NCBI RefSeq assembly: GCF_963921235.1
Contig: NC_086097.1
Location: forward strand, 64,606,001-64,670,000
DNA length: 64,000 nt
Direction: 5' to 3'
From: Mobula hypostoma
Lineage: Eukaryota
Shown here: positions 27,122-38,770 of the stretch, piece by piece
Numbering within the stretch: the stretch's first letter is position 1
How the letters are laid out: each line of letters begins with the position of its first letter
The notes under the pieces: generated by a model
The model's database searches: none
What the model saw: only the letters and a program-made list of their open reading frames with translations
What the model was told of the DNA's origin: nothing
Program-made: the position numbers and the translations under genes

Positions 27122-27138
27122 TGGCCAGCAGATGGCAC
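27122..27138 (+). promoter_or_regulatory. Candidate CTCF site
   Basis: TGGCCAGCAGATGGCAC fits the CTCF core CCASYAGRKGGCRS, in unique DNA. Confidence 0.4.
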
Positions 27139-27567
27139 ACTCATACAAGTTTCAATGACATCAGGCTTGAGTATGAAATATAATTCCTACACCAGATGAT
27201 TCTAATTTTCTGTATTTTTCTGATAATATTAATTGTGTTGGCTTACAAATGTAATGCACTGTAGTTGTTATTGTCAAATTCATTTTCAGTGTCCATGATT
27301 AACCAATCCAAAATCAAATACTCCAAGCAAATGAGTATTTTTGAAATAAGTCTGCTGGACAATGCTCCCTTTTAATAAATTCAACAAATAATCATATTAA
27401 AGAAAAAGGAAGCAGATGTGTTTCATATTCCTACATCTCACCACATTGTCTAAAGGTCAGAGCTGAATAATTGCATATAATATTAACACATCAATGCTAC
27501 CTGTTCCTGATCAGGCATTTTGATTGGAATATTCAGTCATTCTACCAGTAATGGAGGACAAAGTGTC

Positions 27568-27706
27568 ACAAACACAAGAAAGTCTGCAGAAGCTGGAAAT
27601 CCAAAGCAACACACACAAAATGCTGGAGGAATTCAGCAGATCGGGCAGTATCTATGGAAAAGAGTACACAGTGAACGTTTCGGGTCAAGTCCCTTCTTCA
27701 GGACTC
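27568..27706 (-). mobile_element. Penelope-end short element with hammerhead motif
   Basis: Minus strand AGTC-CTGAAGA-A-GGGACTTGACCC-GAAA-CGTT, followed by the shared GATGCTGCC/CCAGCATTTTGTGTG-type body. Confidence 0.65.
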
Positions 27707-29289
27707 CGTGAGAAAATAAATGTAAACCCTAAAATAGTCAAGCTGTAAGTTGCTAAGTTGAAATAAGAGAGACCCTGGGAAACATTCACTAATTAACAGG
27801 GGTATTTATAGCATTTAATCTGTGGAATAATCTGTGGCCATGTGGAAAACCAGCGTTTAACAGTTCTGAGTTTTTTCTTCTGATTTTCAACATATACCAA
27901 AAAGAGAAGTAATTGTTTTGGATTGGCAGGTTAAAGACAGGGCTTAACATTGACTGGGGTAAGCTCCTGCACCACAAAAAGCAGAATTTTATATTATTTA
28001 ATAACAAAGGTATAATATTCCCGGGAAAAAAATACATCTGTCTCACAAATGATTTAAATCAATGTGAAATGGTGGTAGAATCATTACTAAGTAAAAGGCA
28101 AATTCAGTGGGCTATTTGAAAATTGTATTCTATAATCAGTAATGCATGTTTACAATCTCACCATCAATAAATATATTACTCATTACCCCCTTGTCTCAAA
28201 TAAGCAAATCTTTTCAATACTAAATATGTTTTGGTTCTTAAAATGCATTCGTAATAACTTCAAGGCATAGGGATTTTAATGTAAGAATGGGGAAGTAAAA
28301 GTATCAATATAGTTTTTGAGAGAAGTTAACTTTTCAGAGAAGCTCATTTGCAAATGTAGCATCAATAATTTTTTTAAAATTGTAAGCTGGATCAAACAAT
28401 TCAGAGAGATGGTATCAAGAAACATTGGATAAATAGCCTTCAAAATTTTAAAATAATGGAATAGACAAATAATTTGTTCCACACATTGCTTAGGATTAAT
28501 TGTTCAATTGTGATATTTCACAAAAAAATTGTAAGTTCTATATGTCTTGTTGCCACTAAAATCCTTCCATATTATGCAAAGTATGATTTAAAATGTTGGC
28601 TTCTGCAACATAATAGAGTCAAAATAACTGCAGACACCACTTTGTGGTGAAGGGTAAACAAATTATAAACAACATATTAAATTCCCATATTGCACAATTT
28701 TTTATTGATTAACTAAAAAGAATAATCATTGGTCCATGCTTACCTGCAATGACCTTTTCACAGTAGATTATTGAATAATAATCATTTGCATCAATTTGAT
28801 TATTCAATAATCAAAAATTTCTTTTCTCTTGTTATAAACTGAAGCATAAATTTCAGAATTAAAGTAAAAAAAAATTAATATCTACGTTATGTTTATTGCA
28901 TTTCCCTAATAAATAGAAGGAATCCCTGTGGCCTATTGAGTTCAGGTCAAATCTTAGAGTTTGCGCATGCCCTGATTTTCCTCGTACCCACCTACACCAG
29001 AGATGAGTTACAGGGGCAATTAACCTAATATCTAGTATGTTCTTGAGATCTGGAAGGAAACGAGAATATCTGAGGAAAACACACCCGATTGCAGAGAGAA
29101 CATGTAAATTTTTCACAGGCAGCAGCAGAGACTGGAACTGAACCTGAGTTGCTGAAGCCATAAGACACCTACTTGTACTTACAACAGCATCCTAATAAAA
29201 TGTTAAAATGTCCCAAGTGTCTAAACTGATATTTCTTTCTTCTTAGATACTGCCTATCTTGCTGAGGTTTTGAAGCATTTTGTGTTTTT

Positions 29290-30330
29290 GTTCCAGAGTT
29301 TATGGCTTAAGGACTTAAGGAGCAGATGTACTCGAATTGGCCCATGCAGTAACATCATGACTGGGCCAAGCTTAATTGTCTCTGAGGTTCAAATACCTGT
29401 CAATCTCCACTGTGAATATATTCAGCTACTCTGTTTCCACAGCTTTCTGGGGTAGTGAATTCCAGATAATTAAATTCATCTGAGACATGCATTGCTCCTC
29501 ATCTGAAACTATACTTCCAAATTGTGGATAACTCCACTAGGGAAAACATCCTCCTAGTGTCAATGCTGCCAATCCCCCATTGGAATTTTATTTGCTTCGG
29601 TAAGATCACCTCTCATTCTTCTAAACTCGAGTATAAAGCAAAACCTGTTCAAGCCTTTATAGGTCAGTCCTTCCATCTCTGGAATCAGTCAAACTTCTCT
29701 GCACTGCCTCCATTATACACACAGCATCTTCCATTATGGAGATCAGAATTGTACACAGTAGTCAAGGTGTGATCACAACAGTATCTTGTAGAATTGCATC
29801 AAGGTCTCCTTACTTGCCCCTTACAGTAATGGACAACATTCCAGTTACCCTCCCAGTTATTCGCTATAGCTGCATGCTAACTGTTTTCTGTGTTTCATGC
29901 CTCAAATCACTCCTACCACTGATCCCATTTTACTTCAATCTGTTGTAGTTTCACTTGGTTTATGTAATAACTTGTTTTAGTTTTACATTCTTTCTTCCTC
30001 ATTTTTCCCACATGTGCTCCATCTGTCACTTTCTTTCCCGTTGTGACCTCTTGGTGTCCTTCTTCTACCTCAGCACCCCCGCCTACAGTGCACTTGGGTG
30101 TCTTCATCCGTCTCCTCAAGATTAATTCCAAATATCACGGATACAGCTGAGATCCCTACAGCACTCCATTAGTTATTGCTTGTCAATCTGAAAGAGACTC
30201 TTTATCCTGACTCTGTTTTCTATTAGTACACAATCTATGTCAATATATTACCCCCTGCTCCTGTGCAGTAATCTTTATGTGGCACCTTATCTGGAACCCA
30301 ACTGTGCTACATATACTGGTTCCCCTTTCG
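29290..30330 (-). mobile_element. CR1 LINE fragment (continues at 31990-33430)
   Basis: CR1 3'-region motifs in reverse. It is collinear with the minus CR1 beyond the L2 insertion. Confidence 0.6.
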
Positions 30331-30344
30331 TCAAACTCATAAAA

Positions 30345-31985
30345 AGATGGCAACCACGTCAAAATTAACAAGTATATCTGATGCAGAGCTCTGTAAGATC
30401 ATAACAAAGTGTTAGCTATCTACATGATGTCTCGACTCTGTCCCTACTACGCTTTTTAAGGACTCCTTTAATAGTGTTTTCAATTCTGTTAGAAAAAATA
30501 TTAACAACTTCCCTTGAAACTGGAGTTTTTCCAGATGTCTTCAAAACCACGGCTGTCAAAGCCCTACTTAAAAAGCCAAACCTTGATAGTGAGGTACTGG
30601 TTAACTACAGGTCTATATCAAATCTTCCTTTTCTGGGCAAGATCCTCGAGAAAGCTATTTCAACCAACTCAACAACTTTCTGAATGAGAACAATATTCTA
30701 AAAAGATTTTGTCAGGTTTTAGAGCAAACCACAGCACAGAGGAGGCCCTTACCAAAATTGTCAGGGACATTAGACTCAGCACTGATGGCAACAGAGTCTC
30801 AGTTCTAATTCTTCTAGATCTAAGTGCTGCCTTCGACAGAAGTTACTCCACCATTTTCCTTGACCACCTTGAGAAATGACTGGCCTCTCTGGTAGCGCCC
30901 TTAATTGGTTTTGCTCATATATCTTAGAGAGAAAGTTTTGTCTAGCTTGGAGACCGTTTTTCTACGATGTACCTTTTGGTGTTGCTCAGGGAAGCCGTCT
31001 TGCTCCCCTACTCTTCTCCTTATACGTGCACCTCTTAGGAGACATCACTAGAGAGCATAAACTTGATCTCCACAGATCTGCAGATGACACACGATTGTAT
31101 ATCTCAGTTGAGCCTGATGATGATAACACCTGAATTTCTTTGACTTCTGGTTTGGCTGCAATAAACAGATGTTGATAAATAATTTCCTAAAAATAAGTGA
31201 AGATACAACTGAAATACTTCTGGTTAGTCCCAAAGCCAAAAGAAATAAACTTCTTGACAAACTTGATAACTTGGCTCCCCTTGTAAAACTGGAAGTAACA
31301 AGCCTGGGAGTTCTCTTTGGTTCAAATTTGAACTTTAAATCCAAAACAAAGAAAGTGACCAGAGCAGAATATCTGTACTTAAGAAATATTGTAAATGTAC
31401 ATCCATTTCTGTCAAATAATGGAGCTGAAAAATTATTTCATACCTTTATATCGAATAGACTAGATTACTGCAGCGCACTTTTTCTGGCCTTCCAAAGCAA
31501 CCTATTGACAAACTTCAACTCATTCAGAAAGTCACTGCTAGATGTTTAACTAAAACCAGGATGAGGGAGTTCATCACTCTCATCTTAACTACTCTGCATT
31601 GGCTTCCTGTGTCTTTTAGAATCGATTTTAAAGTTGTTTTTATAGCTCTCAATGGCCTGGGATTGGAGTGCATCACAGAATCACTTTCATCTTATAATCC
31701 TGCTTCAGCTGTCAGGTCTTATTCCACCAGTCTCTTAAATTTAAACAACCTCCCTCGAAAGAAAATTAGCAGGTCAGCTTTTTTAAACTGTGGAACTCAA
31801 TATATTAAAATATAATGGATGCAGACTCAGTTGACATTTTTAAACACCAGCTCAAAACCTATTTATTTAATCTTGCTTTTAACTAACATATTTTTGTCTT
31901 TTATTTTCATGTTTGCACTTTGTCCTATTTCATACAAATACATCATTGTTTGTATGAAAAGGGCTCTATAAATAAGTTGTTATTC
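30345..31985 (+). mobile_element. L2-clade LINE, decayed RT
   Basis: KALLKKPNLD..NYRSISNLPFLGKILEK, LLDLSAAFD, ADDTRLY, FISNRLDYCSAL, LHWLPVSFRIDFK; 3' end GCTCTATAAATAAGTTGTTATT. Confidence 0.85.
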
Positions 31986-32412
31986 TCATTGCATCCTCAG
32001 AAAATTCTAGCAAATTTGTCAAACATAATTTGCTGTTTATTAATCCGCATTGACTCTTGATCAACTAGTATCTTTCCAAATGGTTTGCTATATGTCATTA
32101 ATGAAGGAATCTAGAATTTTCTCAATGTCAGATGTTAGACAATTGGTCTTTAGTTCCTGCTTTTTGCTTCCCTCCTTTCTTGAACAGTTGGCATTCCATT
32201 TGTAATTTTCCAATCCTCTGAAACCTCTCCTTAAAGCAAGGAATTTTGGCAGAATACAACCAACAGCCAGTATCTCCTCAGCCACTTCTTTGAATACCCT
32301 AAGATGCAATGCAGCAGATCCAACCCCATTAGTTAGCCTAACAGTTTTTTTTCTAGTGATAGAAATTGTTTTATATTCTCTTCCAATAAACCCTTGATTA
32401 CCTATAGTTATA

Positions 32413-32727
32413 CAGGAGTGGTGAATCTATGGCACATGCAAAAATTTTGGTGGCACTCAGCATGCAGTGCCAAACCTTGAAGGGGTTTTCTAAGATGCTT
32501 CGTTACTTTATTCTGTCTGTATTGTACTTTTATAAATGGTAAAACAACGACTACACATAAACAAGCAATAGGGCTCATCCTTTTTCCTTAAAAAATGTTA
32601 ATAATAATTGTTACTAATTCATTAATCAATGATAATCTTGCTCAAAATTACCAATGCACATGGGAGAATTTTTTAGAAGATTCTTGCCAATTTGGGCACA
32701 TGCTCTCATAAAGATTCGCCACCCCTG
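32413..32727. mobile_element. hAT-like MITE
   Basis: Imperfect TIR CAGGAGTGGTGAATCT...AGATTCGCCACCCCTG; no clear TSD. Confidence 0.55.
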
Positions 32728-32739
32728 TATTAGGATATT

Positions 32740-32884
32740 CGTCAGACCCGTCCTGACGAAGGGTCTCGGCCTGAAACGTCGACTGTACCTCTTCCTAGAG
32801 ATGCTGCCTGGCCTGCTGCGTTCACCAGCAACTTTGATGTGTGTTGCTTGAATTTCCAGCATCTGCAGAATTCCTTGTGTTTAC
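32740..32884 (+). mobile_element. 145-bp Penelope-end retroelement carrying a hammerhead motif
   Basis: 11-bp TSD ATTAGGATATT (32729-32739, 32885-32895). The body is near-identical to 52177-52274. Confidence 0.85.
32750..32783 (+). ncRNA. Minimal type I hammerhead ribozyme
   Basis: GTC-CTGACGA-A-GGGT-CTCG-GCCT-GAAA-CG-TC^GAC: conserved CUGANGA and GAAA cores, stem I GTC/GAC, stem II, palindromic ACGT helix III, and a GUC triplet with predicted cleavage after 32780. Confidence 0.75.
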
Positions 32885-33494
32885 ATTAGGATATTTTTAG
32901 TGGTTTCTGATATGGGCACTAATCTAAATTAATTGCTTAGAAACTCCCCCCTTTTCAATGTCTCATCATTAATTCCTCAGCATCACCTTCCAGAGGACCA
33001 ATGTTCACCTTAGCTACTGTCTTCCTTTTATGTATCTGCAATAGCTATTATGATATCTTTTAAATATTACTTCCTGGTTTACTTTCATACTCTTTCTTTC
33101 CCCTGATTGTAATTTTTCTTGTCACCCATTATTGGCTTCTAAAAATTTCCCGATCTTCGAACCTACCACTAATCTTTGCAACATTGTTTAGTTTCTTTTT
33201 CAATATAGTGTCATCCTCAATTTTTTAAAATTTAGCCACAGAGCCTGTCTTTCTCATAGGAATCTACCTTTGTTGAGATTATTGAATTTTCTCCTTGAAT
33301 GCTGGCCATTACGCTTTAATTTAGTTTCCTACATCAATTGAGCCAGTGCTGTTGCCTTACCCTTGTTTAAATTTAGACACTAACCTTGGACCCAACATTC
33401 TATCCCACAAGCTGAATCTGAAATTCCATCATGCTATCTTCATTCATGCCTTGGATATAATTATTTAGATGGTGAATACTTATGGCATAAACAT

Positions 33495-35300
33495 CTTTAA
33501 CTGATGAAGAGTCTTATCCCAAAACATCAGTTGTCAACTTCCGTCCATAGATCCTGCCTGACTTGCTGAGTTCCTCCAGAATTTTGTGTGTGTTACTCCA
33601 GACTTCCAGCATTTGCAGTCTGCCTTGTGCCTTCGGTCTTCCTGCTATTTATTAGACTACCTACCATTCAGTTCCAGCTGCCAGATAATGAGCCTGAGGA
33701 TTTAGAGATAAGGATGGGTTGTGAAGTTTTACGCTGGGGAAAAGTTGGGTGTCAGTAATGTAAATTCAGAAGTTAACAAAGACCAAAAATTCTGTTGGGT
33801 AGCGTAGACACAAGGGATTCTACAAATGCCAGAAATCTTGAACAGTGTACACAAAATGCTGGAAAACTCAGCAGATCAGGCAGCATTCCTAATGAAGGGT
33901 CTTGGCCCGAAAAGATGACTATTTATTCCCCTCCTCAGCTGCTGCTGCCTGACCTGATGATTTCCTCCGACGTCTTGTGTCTGTTGGGTCGTGTAATGTG
34001 TTTGATCACAATGTGAAGAAATTAATTTAAAACCCAAAAGATCCAACAGACGGAATTTTGACTAGGTTATACAGATTGAAAAGTACTTCCAAATGCAGAG
34101 TCGCTCTAAATGAAGGAAACTACATATTTTGATGCTGATTACATAAAATAGTTTGCATAAGATTTGAGAACAATGCAGGCTATATACATTTGAACAGTTC
34201 TTAATAAAATAGTTCAGGGTATAATTACTTGCTGCTTAAAGCAGGTCAGAATTATTTGATCTATAGCTGTTTTACACAAGGCATAGACCTTTTGTCAAGG
34301 GACTCCTACTTTAAAAGTCTCTGAAACTTCTAATCTCCAGCCCTAGTCTGGGAGCCAATGTCATTCAGATATTGACCCAATTCTGCATCTGATTCCAGTC
34401 CCTCAGGCTCTGGCACTCTAACCCTCAACGTTTCTGTTTTTAATGTTTTGAACTTGCTACAACACCTCACTCCCAACTTCATGGCCAACATTCTTCTATC
34501 CACAGCTGGTGCTTTCCAATTTATTTCCTTCCCTTCTGCATTTGTAACTCACCTGCTTTCATAAATTAGCTCTGTGCTATTGGAATAGTGTAGACAAGAT
34601 ATTTGCAGGTGCAAATCCAATCCGCGATGCATAACAGTTTGAGGCTAGGGAATAGAATAAGGAAGTAGCATTACAATTTCAACATGCCTTCTTCAACCCT
34701 ATAAATTGTTCAGATTGCTGTGACACAGGAGATTCTGCAGATGCTGGAAATCTTGAACAACACACAGAAAATGCTGGAGGAATTCAGCAAGCGAGGCAGC
34801 ATCTATGGAAGGACCCAGAGAACGTTTTAGGCCGAGACCCTTCATCAGGACAGGAAAGGAAGGAGGCAGAAGCCAGAATAAGAAGGTGATGGGAGGGAGT
34901 GTAGTACAGGTTAGTAGGTTACAGGTGAGCTGAGGTGAAGGGGAAGGTGGGTAGGTAGGAGAGTGCGGATTAAAGAGAATGATGTTAAAAGCTGGTTGGT
35001 GATGGGTGGAAGCGACAGCCTCTCTCACTGACTCCCCTCTGTGATCTCTGCTGCTTCCTGACTCTGACCATATTTTAACCCAGACCCGCTACGAGAGCCA
35101 TGTGTCCTTCCTCAGAATGTGCTCCTGCTGCCACCCTTCTATGCTGGCTATCTCCCCTCTTTCATTCATGTCCCGATGAAGGATCTCGACCCAAAACTTC
35201 ACCTGTCCATTTCCCTCCATCGACGTTGCCTGGCCCACTGAGTTCCTCTAGAACTTCATGTGTTGCTTCAGACTTCCGGCATCTGCACTCTTTCTTGTGC
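33495..35300. repeat. Cluster of four older Penelope-end/hammerhead-type elements
   Basis: Degenerate motifs at ~33500-33532 (+), 33888-33920 (+), 34820-34851 (-; GTCCTGATGAAGGGTCTCGGCCTAAAACGTT) and 35170-35200 (+). Confidence 0.65.
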
Positions 35301-36159
35301 CGTGAATCACTATATGTCTAGCCGTGTTTCTTCTCATTTCTCAACAATAGTGTTCCATAAATCTAGTTCACTGAGCACCAGTTATTCCTCAGTCCCTCAG
35401 CAAATGACCCTCTGTACATTTGTTAGACCAATAGATTTGTAGCTTGTTTTAAGGTGCAGTGTGGAGCAGGCTGTTGCAGCCACAAGCCACACCACCCAGC
35501 AGCCCACCTACTTAACACCAGCCTATTCACAGTCATATTTATAATGACTAATTACCCTCCTGACCAGTACATTTTTGGACAGTGGGAGGAAACCGGAGTA
35601 CCCGCAGGAAACCCATACAGTTCTCGGGGAGAATGTACAATTCCCTTACAGACAGCATTGAAATTGAATTCCCAAGCTCTAATAATGTCAGGCTTACCCT
35701 TACTCTACTGTTAATCACTGAGGGAAGTCCAGTCAACGAATATTGTTTCTGTTTCAATAGGCTCATCACACACAAAATTATAAAGGGAGAACACTGCCGA
35801 GTTTTACTCCTTCCTGATCATGGAAGTCAAAGGTCAAATGCTTCCCCAGCTGACCTGAGCCCATACAATAATGGTGGAGAAGTGGACTTCTGGTTTCTTT
35901 AGTTTTCCTACTATTCTTGGTCATCTTTTTGCTCACTTGACCATTGGAAAATATAAACAGCTCTGTATATTCACTGTATCTTCAGAAAATACATTGACCA
36001 ACCCCCAGTATATTTATAAATGGCTGCATACATCATGTTGTAAATAGCAAAGGCATTATATATGATACATTTTTAAGTAACAGAGTAGTAACATGTATGC
36101 ATGAAAGTGGATGAACATTTTTGGGAATAGTGACTGCAACTCATTACACTTTAAGATAA

Positions 36160-38770
36160 TTATGAATTGGATTGCGCAGGAAGGTCCTAAATTAGATGGC
36201 AAATTATAACAGGATTAGAGAGGAGCTAAGGGGTGTTGACTGGGAACAGCTGCTGTCAGACTAGTCCATGGCTGGCATATTGGATTTGTTTAAAGATCAG
36301 CTGAGCAGAGTATGGGATCAGCATGTTCCAGTAAGGAGTAAGGATGGAGTATGACAAAGTAAGAGAAAGTTGGATGACTCAAGAGCTAAATTTAGTCAAG
36401 AAGGAAAAGACGAGATTTAGGAAGCTAATATCAGAATAGGTCCTTCCTAGAATATAAAGATAACAGGGAAGTGCTTAAGGATGCAATTTGAAAGGCCTAA
36501 AGGGATCATGAAATGCTCTTGGTAAGCAAGACGTATGGGGTATCAAGGGATGGGTAGCGCATCTGGTGGGGGGTGCCTGCCGTGTCCTTTTTAGGACAGC
36601 TCGTCCACCTTTGGTCCCCACCTGGTGCTCAGCTCTCACCTGTGGCTCCAAGTAGCTGTAGCGTGCGCAGCAGCCACAGCCCGGTAACCAGGTGAGGGTA
36701 GCCGACGGGTCTCCGACCCTTGGTGAGGTAGGGGATCTGCCTGTCCCAGTGTGGCCACGGAAGTCTGGCCATGGCAGATTGAGTAGAAGAGACAAATTAA
36801 TAGTCCAACGGTCAAGAAGGCAGGCCAGCAGGCGTGGTGGAGCGCTAAGAGCACGACAAGGTACTTAGACGTCCTGGTCATCCACTGCAAGAGGTGGTGA
36901 CCTCTTTAAACGCACCCGGCAGAAGGCAAAGGCAAACCACCGCTGTAACCTGCCACGAACATGATTTCCCAATATGTCAGAGCGGCGTGGAAGGAAATCA
37001 TCCGCCAACTGGAAATTCCAGATGCGATCTAACAACGAAGCAAGATCAAGGAGAATCCTAAGGCACGTTATATTAAGAAAAAGGGGACAACTGAGGAGAG
37101 AGTAGGTCAAATCAAGAATAAAAGATATAATTGGTGCTTAGAGTCAGACCAAGTGGCTGAGCTACTAAATGAGTACTTTGTGTCAGTGTTTATTAAAGAG
37201 AAGGATTCAGTGAAGACAGTGTGGGGTATGCTCATATGCTGGAACATTTTGTGATTAAGGAAGATGTAGTGCTGAGCCTTTAGAAAAACTTTAAGGTGGT
37301 TGACCTGAAAGCCTGACGGCTATTTACAGTATATCCCAGTATATTGAAAGAAGCTAGTGAGAGAATTGCTGGGACTTTGACAAAGATCTTGGTGTCCTCA
37401 CTGGCAACAAGTGAGATGCCAGAGGATGGGAGAGTAGCAAATGTTATGTTTTGTTCAAGAAAAGAAATAGAGATAATCCAGGAAATGACAGGAGAGTGAG
37501 CCTCATGTCAGTGGCAGGCAAGCTCTTGGAGAGGACATTGAGGGATAGGATTTGTGCACATTTGGAAAGGCATGATCTGGACAGTCAGCCTGGCTTTGTG
37601 CAGGGCATGTCATGCCTTTTTTAGGAAGTGACAGAAGTTCTTGATTTTGGTAAAGCACTAGCCATTGGGTATATGGATATTATTAAGTCATTTGATAATG
37701 TCCTACATGGTAGATTGATTCAAAAGATTAAGATGTATATGATCCAAAGTGCTTTGCAAGTTTGGGATCAGAACTGACTTGCCCACAGAAGACAGAGAGT
37801 AAGGATGGAAGGCTGTTGTTATGGTTGGATATCCGTGAATAGAGGCATTCTATGACGATCAGGGCTGGGACCTCTGTTGTTTGTGATATATATATATCAA
37901 TGATTTTGATTGAAAATATAGGTGGGTGGATTAGCAAGTGTGTGGATGATGCCAGTACTGGACAATGTAAAGGAATATCAAAGAATACACTGGAGTTTAG
38001 ATCAGTTACAGATATGGGTAGAGAAGTGGCAGATGGAGTTTAATCAATTCTTTGGTTGGTCAAATAGAAGGAGTATATATAAAATATAAAGAGATCCTGC
38101 GATCCAGGTCCATGGTTCATCGAAAGTGGTGAATATGGTGATAAAGAAGATGTATGGCATGTTTGCTTCCATTGGTAATGGTGTTGAGTAGAAGAGGAAG
38201 AAAGTCATGCTACAGCTACGGTACATAAAATTTTAGTCTGAGTGTACTTGGAGTACTGTCTGCAGTTCTGGTCACTCCATTATTGGAAGGCTGCGGAGAA
38301 TGTGGGAAAGGTGCAGAAGAGGCTTAACAAGATGCTGCCTACATTGTAGGGTATGAGTATAAGGAAAGGTTGGACAAACTTGGGTTGTTCTCCTGAGAGC
38401 ATCAAAGACCTGAGGAGAATCATGTTTTTTTCCAATTATGGAGGTATAGACAAGGTGGACAATCAGAATCTTTTCCCTCAGGATAGAACTGTAAAACACC
38501 AGTGGACATGCTTTTGAGGTTAGAGGGAGGAAGTTCAAAGGCAGCATGAGGGGCCAAAGTGGTAGGTGCCTGGACTGGGTTACTAGGGACAATAGTGGAA
38601 ACAGGAAGTGTGAGGGAGTTGGAAAAGCTTTTAGATAGGCACATGAATATGAAGTGAAAGGAGATATATATATATATATATAGATGATACACAAAAGGAC
38701 AGTTAGTCTAAATTGGCATTGATTGCCACAACATCCTGGGCCGAATGGGGTGCCTCATGCTATACTGCTC
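36160..38770 (+). mobile_element. CR1 LINE ORF2, decayed
   Basis: SKIKENPK, YPSILKEASERIA, PEDGRVANV, DNPGNDRRVSLMSVAGKLLE, YMDIIKSFDNVLHGRL, and a CR1 3' end. Confidence 0.85.
36532..37037 (+). mobile_element. 506-bp GC-rich non-coding retroelement inserted in CR1
   Basis: 8-bp TSD AAGCAAGA (36524-36531, 37038-37045), short (AAC)n tail and nested stems. Confidence 0.65.

Larger units (their letters stand above)
31990..33430 (-). mobile_element. CR1 LINE fragment with nested inserts
   Basis: HLRVFKEVAEEI on the minus strand (ORF 32088-32309). Confidence 0.65.
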
